Positions 1-9,529 of a stretch of 50,353 bases of DNA are shown in pieces. Under the pieces are notes generated by a model. It saw only the letters and a program-made list of their open reading frames with translations, had not been told where the DNA came from and ran no database searches. Position numbers and translations under genes: made by a program. This DNA comes from a virus (lineage: Duplodnaviria > Caudoviricetes): positions 1-50,353 of the IMG/VR virus record IMGVR_UViG_3300020593_000139. One strand, 5' to 3'. Every line of letters starts with the position of its first letter. Position 1 is the first letter of the stretch.

Positions 1-1839
1 ATGGAAGGCGCACGAGGTAGCGAAAGCGGGAAAGACCCTCAGCATACATCGCTGGACCCTTTTCAGGTGAAAGATCCGAACAAGCTCGCCATCAACTTCG
101 CCTATATGCTCGAAGAGGTTGGCAAGGTCGCCGGAACCTGGGCGCGTGCCCGCGAAGACGCTGAACCGGACGCTCCTGTTTCTGGCCCGATCTCCGATCT
201 GCTCAATACCTTTCTACAGGTTTCCGAATACTGGCGCGCCGACCAGACCCGCGCAATCGAGGCACAGACCCGCCTGGTCTCCACCTTCCTCGACATCTGG
301 ACGAATTCCATCAAGCAGCTGGGAGGCGAGGACGAAGAGAATCCTGTCCGCTTCGAACCGGCGCGCGGCGACAAGCGCTTCAACGATCCCGACTGGGAGC
401 GTCATCCCTTCTTCCGCTTCCTGAAGCAGGTCTATCTCGCGACCGCCCAGTGGGCGGAGGAAATGGTCGAGCAGCCCGACAATGTGGACGAGGAGCTGAG
501 GCAGAAGGCCCGCTTCTATGTCCGTCTGGTGATGGACGCCGTCTCTCCATCGAACTTTCTCCTTACCAATCCGGTAGTGGTGCGGGAAACGCTTGCATCG
601 AATGGCGAGAATCTCGTCCGCGGCATGCGCATGCTGGCTGAGGATCTCGCTGCGGGCAGGGGGCAGCTCAGGCTGCGCCAGACCGATGCCACCAGGTTTA
701 CCGTCGGCAAGAACATAGCCGCGACGCGCGGCAAGGTGGTGGCGCGCAACGAACTGGCCGAGATCATCCAGTACGAGCCGCTGACGCCCACGGTCTATAA
801 GCGGCCGCTACTTATCGTGCCGCCATGGATCAACAAGTTCTATGTGCTCGATCTGAGCCCGGAGCGCTCATTCGTCCGCTGGGCGCTGGAGCATGGCCAC
901 ACGGTTTTCGTCGTTTCCTGGGTCAATCCGAACGAAAGCCACGCCGAGCACGGCTGGGAAGACTATGCCAGCAAGGGCATCGACTTCGCGCTGAAGACGG
1001 TTGAGGAGTGCACTGGCGAGCGGAAGGCCAATGTCGTGGGCTACTGCATCGGCGGAACGCTTCTTGCAGCAAGTCTTGCAGCCATGGCGCAGGAAGGTGA
1101 TGACCGCGTTGCCTCGGCGACGTTCATGGCGAGCCAGGTCGACTTCAAATATTCAGGCGACCTCAAGCACTTCGCCACCGAACAGCAGATTGCAGCCCTT
1201 GAGAGCGCGATGCAGGCGAGAGGTTACCTCGACGGCCTGACCATGGCGAACGTCTTCAACATGCTGCGCTCGCGCGATCTGATCTGGCCCTATGTGGTCA
1301 ACAATTATATGCGCGGGAAGGAGCCGATGCCGTTCGATCTGCTCTACTGGAATTCCGATTCCACGCGGATGACGCCTGCGAACCATGTCTATTATCTGCG
1401 CACCTTCTACCTGAACAACGATCTGGCCGAGGGCAGGGCGACGTTGCGCGGCAAGCGCCTGTCGCTCGCCGACATCAAGCTGCCCGTCTATCTGATCTCG
1501 GCCGCGGAAGATCACATCTCGCCTGCAAGGTCCGTCTTCGAAGGTGCCCGGCTCTTCGGCGGTCCCGTGGAGTTTGTCATGGGCGGCTCCGGCCATATCG
1601 CCGGCATCATCAACCCACCCCACGCCAACAAGTATGAGTTCCGCACAGGTGGCGTGACGGGAGGGGAGACCTTCGAGCAATGGCGCGCGACCGCCAATGT
1701 GACGCCTGGTTCGTGGTGGCCGCACTGGCAGTCCTGGCTCGCTGCTCAAGATGAGGAAAGAGTAGCTGCGCGGACTTTGGATCCGCACAAAACCTATCTC
1801 GGAGATGCACCCGGAACCTATGTTCTGGCGCGCGACTGA
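1..1839 (+). CDS. phaC: Class I poly(3-hydroxyalkanoate) synthase (host)
   Basis: 612 aa; lipase-like box VGYCIGG, PLLIVPPWINKFYVLDL, FDLLYWNSD, EDHISP and SGHIAGIINPP motifs typical of PhaC. Confidence 0.97.
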   Translation: MEGARGSESGKDPQHTSLDPFQVKDPNKLAINFAYMLEEVGKVAGTWARAREDAEPDAPVSGPISDLLNTFLQVSEYWRADQTRAIEAQTRLVSTFLDIWTNSIKQLGGEDEENPVRFEPARGDKRFNDPDWERHPFFRFLKQVYLATAQWAEEMVEQPDNVDEELRQKARFYVRLVMDAVSPSNFLLTNPVVVRETLASNGENLVRGMRMLAEDLAAGRGQLRLRQTDATRFTVGKNIAATRGKVVARNELAEIIQYEPLTPTVYKRPLLIVPPWINKFYVLDLSPERSFVRWALEHGHTVFVVSWVNPNESHAEHGWEDYASKGIDFALKTVEECTGERKANVVGYCIGGTLLAASLAAMAQEGDDRVASATFMASQVDFKYSGDLKHFATEQQIAALESAMQARGYLDGLTMANVFNMLRSRDLIWPYVVNNYMRGKEPMPFDLLYWNSDSTRMTPANHVYYLRTFYLNNDLAEGRATLRGKRLSLADIKLPVYLISAAEDHISPARSVFEGARLFGGPVEFVMGGSGHIAGIINPPHANKYEFRTGGVTGGETFEQWRATANVTPGSWWPHWQSWLAAQDEERVAARTLDPHKTYLGDAPGTYVLARD

Positions 1840-2001
1840 GCCTTCGGAAACACTGGAATATAATTGATCATATCATAACCAATTGCCAAATAAGCGGCTT
1901 TTGGGTACCAGTTCTTGATTGCTTGATTTGGGCAGTTGTATTTCCGTTTGTTTGCGGCAGAGGTTTTTCCTGCTGCCTACGGTTTCCGAGGGGTATGATT
2001 A

Positions 2002-3150
2002 TTGTTTTTGGATGAACCGGCACGTGCCGGCCAACGGAACAATAGCAAGCAGGTTTCCCGGCGCGTCTTGAGCGTTGTCTTTGCTTGTGGTCTGACCGCT
2101 TCCTGTTCGACAGCATCTGATTTCGGGACGGCCATGGGTTTCACTGAACTCGCCCGCGCTGTCCGTGCCGATCAGAATACAGATGGTGGGACGGATGCTG
2201 CCCGCGCTCCGGCGGGAGAAGCTGTCGCAGCCACGTCCACTCAATCTGCTGCCCCTGAGGTCGTGGCCGTTGCCGAACCGCCCGTGCGACCCGAGGCACG
2301 AATTCCGGAAGCCGCCGAAGCGCCAGTGGCAGCTCCTGCAGCGGAAGCAGCTGTCGCTGCGGCTGAGGATCGTCCGAGCGAATCTCCAGTAGCCGCAGAG
2401 ACAGAAGCAAATCCAGAACAGAAGCGGGGGTTCTTCGCCTCGCTGTTTGGCCGATCTGACGAGCCGAAGAGCGATTCGACAGACAACGCAGACGCTGAGC
2501 CCAAGTCTCAAGAGAAAAGCGAGCCCAGACTGGCCGCCAAACCTGCTGAGCAGCCGGTAGCCCAGCCGGTCAAGCTCACGTCTTTCAGCTTTGAATCACC
2601 GGCTCCGGTCGAGAAGAAGATCATCATCGATTCGTCATCGGTGGCGAGCGCCTACACGGCAAACGCACTGCCGGGCGTGCGCGCCAGCAGCGAGCTCTTC
2701 GACATCGTCCGCAAATCCGGTGGATCGGATGACAGCGACGTGGATCTCTATGAGGAGGAGGGCAGCTATCAGGTTGCCTCGGCCACTGGTCTTGCCCGCC
2801 TGGCGCCTCACGGTCTGCTGAGGCAGCGGCCGGATGTTAATACCTCCTGCTTCAAGCCCGGGCTCGTCCGCATTCTCAAGACGATTGAGCGCCACTACGG
2901 CAAACCGGTCCTCGTAACCTCGGGCTATCGCAGCCCTGCACACAACCGCCGGGTCCGCGGTGCACGCAAGTCCGCGCACATGGATTGTGCTGCAGCGGAT
3001 ATTCAGGTTGCGGGCGTAAGCCGTTGGGAACTGGCGCGATTTGCCCGCTCACTGCCGGGTCGTGGTGGAGTGGGAACCTACTGCCACACGGCTTCGGTGC
3101 ATGTGGATGTCGGCGCCGAACGAGACTGGAATTGGCGCTGCCGAAGGTAA
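2002..3150 (+). CDS. Peptidase M15A / YcbK-like Zn metallopeptidase, probable lipoprotein with Ala/Glu/Pro-rich linker (host)
   Basis: Lipobox-like LTASC; C-terminal VTSGYRSPAHNRRVRGARKSAHMDCAAAD...GVGTY...VHVDVG matches the M15A SxHxxxxAxD/HxD pattern. Confidence 0.88.
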   Translation: MFLDEPARAGQRNNSKQVSRRVLSVVFACGLTASCSTASDFGTAMGFTELARAVRADQNTDGGTDAARAPAGEAVAATSTQSAAPEVVAVAEPPVRPEARIPEAAEAPVAAPAAEAAVAAAEDRPSESPVAAETEANPEQKRGFFASLFGRSDEPKSDSTDNADAEPKSQEKSEPRLAAKPAEQPVAQPVKLTSFSFESPAPVEKKIIIDSSSVASAYTANALPGVRASSELFDIVRKSGGSDDSDVDLYEEEGSYQVASATGLARLAPHGLLRQRPDVNTSCFKPGLVRILKTIERHYGKPVLVTSGYRSPAHNRRVRGARKSAHMDCAAADIQVAGVSRWELARFARSLPGRGGVGTYCHTASVHVDVGAERDWNWRCRR

Positions 3151-3186
3151 CTTAACAAAAAAAATTGGCAGACGGCAAAAACGGGC

Positions 3187-3215
3187 TTGCCGACTGAAAA
3201 CAAGCCACCTATAAG
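3187..3215 (+). promoter_or_regulatory. sigma70-type promoter of tRNA-Glu
   Basis: TTGCCG-N17-TATAAG, 15 bp upstream of the tRNA. Confidence 0.6.
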
Positions 3216-3230
3216 CGCCACATCTTGAGC

Positions 3231-3305
3231 GCGCCCATCGTCTAGCGGTTAGGACAGCGCCCTTTCACGGCGCAGACAGGGGTTCGATTCCCCTTGGGCG
3301 TACCA
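3231..3305 (+). tRNA. tRNA-Glu (anticodon TTC), probable prophage integration site
   Basis: Acceptor stem GCGCCCA/TGGGCGT, anticodon arm GCGCC-CTTTCAC-GGCGC, T-loop GGTTCGATTCC, encoded 3' CCA. Confidence 0.97.
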
Positions 3306-3401
3306 AGATTTTCCCTTGGAAAATCAGTCGGTTACGGCTTGTCGTATGGCAAATCTTTTCGATTTCATACGACGTGTCTTACGTGCCATTGGCACGTTAA
3401 G

Positions 3402-3635
3402 TCACTTCACCTCCTTAAGCGGAGACTGCTTCCTGAATCGGTTGGCATAGGCCACGGCGGCGTTAAGCTCGCGCAAAGCCTCAAGTGATGGCTCATGGGT
3501 GAACCGGGTGAGCGCACTGTCCAGCCACTCCGCAGCAGCGCGCAGAGCGGGTACGCCACCGTAGGCGTTCGATACAGCCCTGAGTTTAGCAGCCAGAACC
3601 TTGATCGACATTGACGCCTGCTCCTGTCCGCTCAT
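3402..3635 (-). CDS. Phage hypothetical protein (77 aa)
   Basis: ORF coupled to the upstream gene by an ATGA overlap; last gene of the leftward replication operon. Confidence 0.6.
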   Translation of the reverse strand: MSGQEQASMSIKVLAAKLRAVSNAYGGVPALRAAAEWLDSALTRFTHEPSLEALRELNAAVAYANRFRKQSPLKEVK

Positions 3636-3775
3636 TCGCCCCTCCTGCGCTTGTGCTCCCGTCGCCTTACGTCGATTTCAAGAATCACCATCAGCGCGGC
3701 GTAGAAGACGAACAGCGCCATCACGACGCCGAGCCCCGCCAACTCATTGGCAAGCCAAAACCAGATATATTCCAT
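3632..3775 (-). CDS. Small single-TM phage protein (47 aa, MEYIWFWLANELAGLGVVMALFVFYAALMVIL...)
   Basis: Read from the sequence; start overlaps the polymerase stop (TGATG) and its stop overlaps the next start. Confidence 0.55.
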   Translation of the reverse strand: MEYIWFWLANELAGLGVVMALFVFYAALMVILEIDVRRREHKRRRGE

Positions 3776-5859
3776 CATTTCTTATACCTCGGTCCTTCGA
3801 AGCCTTCTGCGGCCACCGGCAGGCCAGCGGCCCATTCCGGCAGGTCGCACATGATTCGCTCCATCTCCTCGACAGAGCCGTGTCCGTCTGGCACTTCGCA
3901 GACGATTTCGTCGTGAACAGTCAGGATGATCGGGTAGCCGGCGACCTCCAGCTTGGGCATGGCGACCGCCAGTACATCCCGCGCCACTGCCTGGGTGGCG
4001 TTTTCAACGAGCATGCCGCCGTAGGTCTTGATCCGAGCCCAGTTGCTGGTGTTGTTCTTGTCCTCGACAACCTTGGCCTTCTTCGACTGGTCAATGGTTG
4101 AGAAGTACGTCAGCCCCTGCTTCGTCTCGCCCCATGGCGTGTCGAACTCGCGCACCTCGGGGAAGGGGTAGGAGAGCAGCCGGCCAGATGGCAGGCGCAT
4201 GAACAGGAAGCTGCCGACCACCTTGAAGACGATTCCGCGGATCTTCACCATCTGGCCCTTGTTCTGGACCGCGAAGACCGCAGCTTCTTCCATGTCGTGC
4301 CAGAACCGCTTGATGGCCGAATGCTTCTCGCGCCAGCGGTGGATCACGATGGCAAGGCTCGTCCACTCGTCGAGCGTCAGGCCATGGCTTCCCTTGTAGC
4401 GTTGGGCGAACTCGTCAAACTCGTCCGGCGTGACAGCCTCTTTGACGAGAGCCACCAGCTGCGCCAGCGTCTTGTCCGTCAGGAAGTTGAGGTAAGCGCC
4501 ATGCCCACCCTGATATCCGCCGGCAAGCTCCATGGTCTTGCCGACCTGACGCCGTGGATCTTTCTTGTCGAACAGCGGGACGCCGAACGTCTCAGCGTAG
4601 GACTTGATGTAGAGATCCGGTCCAATGCCTTGGTCGAACTCGCGGAAGGCTTGCACCTTCCAAGTCTCACCAGCCAACCATGCCAGCACGCGGCCTTCGA
4701 TGTTCGAATAGTCCGCCGCCATGACGCGGTGGCTGGTCGAGGCCATGAGCATGCCGCGCAGCGTGTCAGCGACGGCTGACAGCGGCTTTTCATACATCAT
4801 GGCGCACAGATCGTAGTCGCCTTTGCTGACGACCTCGATCAGCGTATCAATGTCTTCTTCCTCGGGCCTGCGGAGGTTCTGCGGCTGGAACCGTCGGCCA
4901 CCCCACCGGCCAGTGGACGCAGCGTGGTATTGCAGCAGCCCCTTGGCGCGGCTGTCGTCGGGCGACTTGCCGCGCAGCAGAGCGTCGATCTTCGAAACCG
5001 AAGCCTTGGCGGCTTCTCGGCGCACGGTAAGGACTTCCCGCACCTTGGCCGGAATGTCTTCCTCCAGAAGCGTGTCGATCGCACCGGCGTTGAGCGAGTG
5101 GACCTCGACACCCTGCTGGCGCACCCATGTCGTGATCTGGTTGATGGCGGAAGTGCTCTTGACCGAATAGTCGGTCAGCTGGCGCATGCGGTCGTTGAGG
5201 TCGTCCTGCGCCTTCTTGACGATCTTCTTGGCCGCGTTGGCCAGCTTCTCGTCCACCAGAACGCCACGGTCGTTGATCTTCTGATCGAGGTGCCAAAGAG
5301 CCTGCTCGAACGGAGGGAGCGGGCGGATCTTCTTCTCCAGCTGGCGCTCAACCTCAACGTCCTGCTTGCAGTATTCGTACAGGCGCTGTTTCTTTTCCTC
5401 GTCATCCCACCAGACGGGCTTGCCGTCCTCGTATCGGCGCGGCTTGGCCATCTGCATCATCAGGCGATGGCCAGTCATGTCCTTGCGGGTCTGAAGACCG
5501 ATCGCGTACGCAGCGCCGTCCAGAGAGCCAGGAAGGCCGAGCGCGTAGCAGTAGGACATGGTACAGCGCCACTGGTACAGATCCGGCTCAGGGAAGCCGT
5601 ACCGGGGCGTCAGGATGTGATGCCAGATCGTCCGCTCAAAGGAGGCGTTGTGGGCCACCATCGGCTGGCCCTCAAGAATGTGCTCGATAATGTCCAGCGG
5701 CACTTCATCGCCGGGGAGCCACAATTCTATGGGGCCATCGTCGAAGGCATAGGCCATGCACCAGATGTCGGTCGTGGCATCTGCCGCGTACACGTAGACG
5801 CCAGTCTTCTTGAGATCCACGGCGCTGCGGGTTTCCAGATCACAGTGCAGGACCGCCAT
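3775..5859 (-). CDS. Phage family A DNA polymerase with 3'-5' exonuclease domain
   Basis: ExoI DLET, ExoII HNASFE, ExoIII YCKQD, motif A ADYSNIEGR, motif B RQVGKTMELAGGY, motif C TVHDE. Confidence 0.95.
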   Translation of the reverse strand: MAVLHCDLETRSAVDLKKTGVYVYAADATTDIWCMAYAFDDGPIELWLPGDEVPLDIIEHILEGQPMVAHNASFERTIWHHILTPRYGFPEPDLYQWRCTMSYCYALGLPGSLDGAAYAIGLQTRKDMTGHRLMMQMAKPRRYEDGKPVWWDDEEKKQRLYEYCKQDVEVERQLEKKIRPLPPFEQALWHLDQKINDRGVLVDEKLANAAKKIVKKAQDDLNDRMRQLTDYSVKSTSAINQITTWVRQQGVEVHSLNAGAIDTLLEEDIPAKVREVLTVRREAAKASVSKIDALLRGKSPDDSRAKGLLQYHAASTGRWGGRRFQPQNLRRPEEEDIDTLIEVVSKGDYDLCAMMYEKPLSAVADTLRGMLMASTSHRVMAADYSNIEGRVLAWLAGETWKVQAFREFDQGIGPDLYIKSYAETFGVPLFDKKDPRRQVGKTMELAGGYQGGHGAYLNFLTDKTLAQLVALVKEAVTPDEFDEFAQRYKGSHGLTLDEWTSLAIVIHRWREKHSAIKRFWHDMEEAAVFAVQNKGQMVKIRGIVFKVVGSFLFMRLPSGRLLSYPFPEVREFDTPWGETKQGLTYFSTIDQSKKAKVVEDKNNTSNWARIKTYGGMLVENATQAVARDVLAVAMPKLEVAGYPIILTVHDEIVCEVPDGHGSVEEMERIMCDLPEWAAGLPVAAEGFEGPRYKK

Positions 5860-5860
5860 A

Positions 5861-6544
5861 TCAGCGCTCCTTCAGCCGAACGCGCCAAAGACCTCCCTTC
5901 GGGCCAACAGGTGGCCGGTCCAGCACCTCGACGTAGTTGCCGAAGGCCAGTGTTTCTATGATCGAATAGCCAGAACGATTTGGGTTGACGGCCTGAGACA
6001 GTTCCTTGGTTTCGAACTCGGCCACACCATCCACGGCCTTTGTGCGCAGCCATTCCAGCGCCTTGTCGCGCACAGAGCCCTTGGACATCGTATTGCACGC
6101 CCCGGTTGGCCGACCGACGGGCGGCTCCGGATCTTCCTCGTCGAAATTGACCTCGATCGGCTTGCCGGCCATCACGTCGCGGAGCTTCTCCGGGTGATCG
6201 ACCACGTAACCCGCACCCCATACGGTTGAGATCGTGATACCCGAGCCCTTCAGCTTCTTGCGGAGCCGGCTGATATACACGTCCATGATCTTGATGCCGG
6301 GGGTGTTGGGGCTTGCGCCATAGACAAGGGTCAGCAGGCGCTCCTTGTCTCGCACCCTGCCGTCTGACATCAGGGCCAGGATTCGGCCTTCAGTTTCCGT
6401 GAGGTTGAAATAGCGGCGCAGGTTGAACTCGGGGTCCATGTCCTTCTGGCCCTCAATGGCCCTGATCCGCTCCTCAAGCTCGAAAACGTAATCCTGAAGC
6501 TCGTCGTACGACATCATGGAGCTGTCGCGCAGCATGAAAGTCAC
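5861..6544 (-). CDS. OmpR/CtrA-type winged-helix DNA-binding protein lacking a receiver domain
   Basis: LTETEGRIL...VYG...PGIKIMDVYISRLRKKL...ISTVWGAGY resembles the CtrA C-terminal domain; N-terminal short coiled coil. Confidence 0.85.
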   Translation of the reverse strand: MTFMLRDSSMMSYDELQDYVFELEERIRAIEGQKDMDPEFNLRRYFNLTETEGRILALMSDGRVRDKERLLTLVYGASPNTPGIKIMDVYISRLRKKLKGSGITISTVWGAGYVVDHPEKLRDVMAGKPIEVNFDEEDPEPPVGRPTGACNTMSKGSVRDKALEWLRTKAVDGVAEFETKELSQAVNPNRSGYSIIETLAFGNYVEVLDRPPVGPKGGLWRVRLKER

Positions 6545-6545
6545 A

Positions 6546-7121
6546 CTATTCTCCTCTTGGCTCGTATCCGAACAGGCCGGCCCACTTGGCGTATTCCCGG
6601 TAGGCGTTCAGGAACTGGTCGCGGGCCTCGTCAGGCGTCCATGGCTCGATCTTCACGCCGAGCGGTTCCACTTCCTCAGCCCAAGGCTGCGGCGGTTCGG
6701 ACAGCAGCGCATTGCGCTCGTCGATCAGTATTCGCTGGTCGAGTTCCTTGATCTCAGGCGTCACCAGCGGGTAGGGCAGGGTGAAGTGGGCGCAGATGGC
6801 CATTTCGGCCAGTTCCTCGGCGCGCCGGAACGCTTCCATGCCGGTGTGTTTCTTGATGGGTTGAATGAGGTCGCCGACATAGGCTTCAGCCGCGTCGTGC
6901 AGCAGCGCTTGCAGGGCGAGCTCGGGACTGGCCTGCTCGGCCAGCAGAACGCAATGCTGCGCCACACTGTAGAACCGCTTCACATGCCCGTTGAACCGGC
7001 AGGTGTTGGCCAGCGCCGTGGCGATATCGAAAATGTTGATCTGGCTCGGGTGAGGGTCGAACACATCGTACGCGACCCCACCGTAGGTCTGCATCCACGC
7101 ACCTTCCACCCACTGGCCCAT
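6546..7121 (-). CDS. HD-domain phosphohydrolase (YfbR/YfdR-like deoxynucleotidase)
   Basis: CRFNGH...YSVAQH...LLHDAAEAYVGD...D motifs. Confidence 0.88.
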   Translation of the reverse strand: MGQWVEGAWMQTYGGVAYDVFDPHPSQINIFDIATALANTCRFNGHVKRFYSVAQHCVLLAEQASPELALQALLHDAAEAYVGDLIQPIKKHTGMEAFRRAEELAEMAICAHFTLPYPLVTPEIKELDQRILIDERNALLSEPPQPWAEEVEPLGVKIEPWTPDEARDQFLNAYREYAKWAGLFGYEPRGE

Positions 7122-7123
7122 GG

Positions 7124-7225
7124 CTAGAACCCCGAAACCATCAGTACGCGGATGAGGTCAGCCCCCTTGTCGAGGGTGTACAGGCCAGCTGCTACGATCA
7201 GGGAAATGTAGAATACACGCTCCAT
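7124..7225 (-). CDS. Small hydrophobic peptide (33 aa, MERVFYISLIVAAGLYTLDKGADLIRVLMVSGF)
   Basis: Read from the sequence; strong AGGAGG Shine-Dalgarno upstream of the ATG; fills the gap in the operon. Confidence 0.5.
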   Translation of the reverse strand: MERVFYISLIVAAGLYTLDKGADLIRVLMVSGF

Positions 7226-7299
7226 TGTCGTACCTCCTATTTTTCGGAAAATCCGACACTGGCGGCAAATAAAAAGCCGCCAGCGCCGTCGCCCCTCGG

Positions 7300-7560
7300 C
7301 TAGATCATGCCGATCGCGTGCATGTAGAGTTCAAGAATGGCTTCTTCCTCCTGACGCTCCGCAGCGTCCTTCTTGCGCAGAGCCACGATCTTGCGGATCG
7401 TCTTGGAGTCGAAGCCTTGGCCCTTGGCCTCCTGATAGATCGACTTGATGTCTTCTGTCAGGTCGCGCTTTTCCTGCTCCAGCCGCTCGATCCGTTCAAT
7501 GAACGAACGCAGCTGGTCGCCAGCTACAGAGTTGTGGCCGATCGAAGGTTCGCCGCTCAT
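7300..7560 (-). CDS. gapR: GapR-family (DUF2312/UPF0335) nucleoid-associated protein, phage-encoded
   Basis: [48 protein letters not shown]...[10 protein letters not shown] is the DUF2312 signature. Confidence 0.92.
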   Translation of the reverse strand: MSGEPSIGHNSVAGDQLRSFIERIERLEQEKRDLTEDIKSIYQEAKGQGFDSKTIRKIVALRKKDAAERQEEEAILELYMHAIGMI

Positions 7561-8231
7561 TCAAAGGCCCCCTCAAGCTCCGCCATTTCCTCGTCGCTGA
7601 TGGCCTCGAACTCGCTCTCAGCAGCAATCTTGCCGCCAGCCAGAGGATCGTCATGCCAGAGCAGCTGCGCGTTCACCAAGCCAAGGGAGACGCCTTCGCC
7701 GCCGGTCTTGTGCGTCCACGCATACGGATTGACCGAGGCGCGGAACCAGCGGCCATTGTATGTCTCGTCCGGCTCGTTTTCGACCGGCACCGGCTTGCCG
7801 TGCATGTCTACGACACCGGGAGCCTGACGGCGCTTGCCGTTCTTGTCGTATGCCTTGGCCGTGAGACGCAGGCAGGTGGGATACTCGTCAGCCAGAGACG
7901 CCAGCGAGCGGATGCCAGCCGTTTCGAGGAACGGTCGGTTGATCTTCTCGCGCAGCTTGGCGTTGGCCGGCTTGTGCTCCTTGTCGATCAGGCGCTCGAC
8001 TTCCTCCTCAAGTACGGAGAGATCAAAGCCAGCTGGAATGAGCGCAGTCACCGACCAGATGAACTTCTTCTCGTCGTCCTCGTCCTGGCTCGGCGGGGTC
8101 GGCGTGAACAGGCTCGCGTACATCATTCGAGCAGCCGGGATGAAGAAGTTGCCGCTCTTTTCGAAATAGACAGCCTTTTTGAAAGAATCAGGAATTTTCG
8201 GCATCAGGTTTTTCTCTCTAAAGGTTGACAC
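7557..8231 (-). CDS. Phage ssDNA-binding protein (DUF2815/Gp2.5-like)
   Basis: [15 protein letters not shown]...[11 protein letters not shown]...D.PL.G and acidic C-terminal tail; lies between the DUF2800 nuclease and PolA. Confidence 0.8.
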   Translation of the reverse strand: MSTFREKNLMPKIPDSFKKAVYFEKSGNFFIPAARMMYASLFTPTPPSQDEDDEKKFIWSVTALIPAGFDLSVLEEEVERLIDKEHKPANAKLREKINRPFLETAGIRSLASLADEYPTCLRLTAKAYDKNGKRRQAPGVVDMHGKPVPVENEPDETYNGRWFRASVNPYAWTHKTGGEGVSLGLVNAQLLWHDDPLAGGKIAAESEFEAISDEEMAELEGAFE

Positions 8232-8257
8232 TGCTTGGCCGTTTGAGAGTGGACGGC

Positions 8258-9529
8258 CTACTCCACGGCCCCGAACTCACTGGCCGCGTCCACTGCGACC
8301 GCTGGCCGGGGATCTTCGACAGGGGCCAGGTTGAGCCCCGAACTCTTGCTCTCAACGAGGTCCTGCATCGCTGCCTGGCGCTCCGTTTTGTTCTTGCCGG
8401 GGAAGAACTTTTCCAGCTGCGCCGGGGACTTCAGCTTCGGCTCGGTGAACAGGTCGTCGTCAGACACCTTGCGGCCACGCAGGAACTTCAGCGCCTCGTC
8501 CTCGTCCTTCCATTTGCGGGTAGCTCGCTTGGCCACGAGCTTGAAACCGCTCGGGATGTTGCCGGCCAGTGCCTGCGCGTGGGCGTACTCCTGCACCGCC
8601 TTTACGTAGTTGCCGATCTGGTCGGCCTCGCGCAGCAGCACCCCGAGACGCTCCGGTTCCAGCTGGTCCGGGGGCGTCAGCCTGATCTCAGAGCCAACGT
8701 CGCCGAACTCGGCAGCGGCCACAGACAAGATCCGCTCGCGGTGGATCGGGCAGATGCCGCTGGCAGGGCAGAACCGGCACCACTCGCCCGAGACGACAGG
8801 GGCGTCCGGATCGTCCGTCCTGGCCGCAGCTTCAGCCAGTTCGTCCTCAAACTCGAACAGGCCAATCAGGTCGATCGGGTAGCTGCGAATCCTGCCGTCC
8901 GGGTGGCTGGCCCGAGGCTGGACGATGTGGACCGTCAACGTCTCGATCTGAACATTGTGGTGCCGACGGGCAGCGCCAGCCGCGTACAGGAGTAGCTGCG
9001 GGTTGGCGGTGGCTTCGACCGCGACGCCCTTGCCATACTTGAAGTCGATCACGTCCAGATGGCGGGCGATCGGATCATAAACCGTGGCGTCACCGGTCCC
9101 GAAGATTTCCGGGTGCAGGTGCGTCATGTCCAGCCGCTGCTCAACCTCCAGAATTGGCAGTTCATGGAACGTCTCGTCGGCGTCAGGGCGATGGACTAGC
9201 TCGGAGACGTACTCCACATATGTGTGGACTGCCTCGACCATTTCCTCGGTGATCTCGAAGAAACGGTGCTCCTCGTCCGTATCCGCCGGCGTATCGACGA
9301 TCTTGCCGTTGGTGACGTCCACCCACATGCCCTCGAAGGTCGCGGGAGCCCACCCTTCCTGCAAGCAATACGCGGCCAGTTCGTGCGCGGCAGTGCCTTC
9401 TGCCGCGTACACAGATGACGTGTTGGGGATGCCCTCGGACATGCGAACGCTGCCGGGACAGTTCATCCAGCGGTGTGCCGAGCTTGGCGACAGCTTGGCG
9501 TGTGCGCGGTTCGTATGTGCTTCGCTCAC
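8258..9529 (-). CDS. DUF2800 Cas4-like PD-(D/E)XK nuclease
   Basis: HAKLSPSSAHRWMNCPGS, EGTAAHE, FGTGD...IDFKYGKGV...NPQLLLYA, WCRFCPASGIC. Confidence 0.9.
   Translation of the reverse strand: MSEAHTNRAHAKLSPSSAHRWMNCPGSVRMSEGIPNTSSVYAAEGTAAHELAAYCLQEGWAPATFEGMWVDVTNGKIVDTPADTDEEHRFFEITEEMVEAVHTYVEYVSELVHRPDADETFHELPILEVEQRLDMTHLHPEIFGTGDATVYDPIARHLDVIDFKYGKGVAVEATANPQLLLYAAGAARRHHNVQIETLTVHIVQPRASHPDGRIRSYPIDLIGLFEFEDELAEAAARTDDPDAPVVSGEWCRFCPASGICPIHRERILSVAAAEFGDVGSEIRLTPPDQLEPERLGVLLREADQIGNYVKAVQEYAHAQALAGNIPSGFKLVAKRATRKWKDEDEALKFLRGRKVSDDDLFTEPKLKSPAQLEKFFPGKNKTERQAAMQDLVESKSSGLNLAPVEDPRPAVAVDAASEFGAVE

Noticed and set aside
1-3150. phaC and the M15A peptidase as phage cargo
   Set aside because: They lie on the host side of the tRNA, lack the phage 16-bp motif and are ordinary Rhizobiales-type chromosomal genes
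8258-9529. Cas4 as part of a CRISPR system
   Set aside because: DUF2800 nuclease in the standard PolA/SSB phage module; no other cas genes or repeat-spacer array
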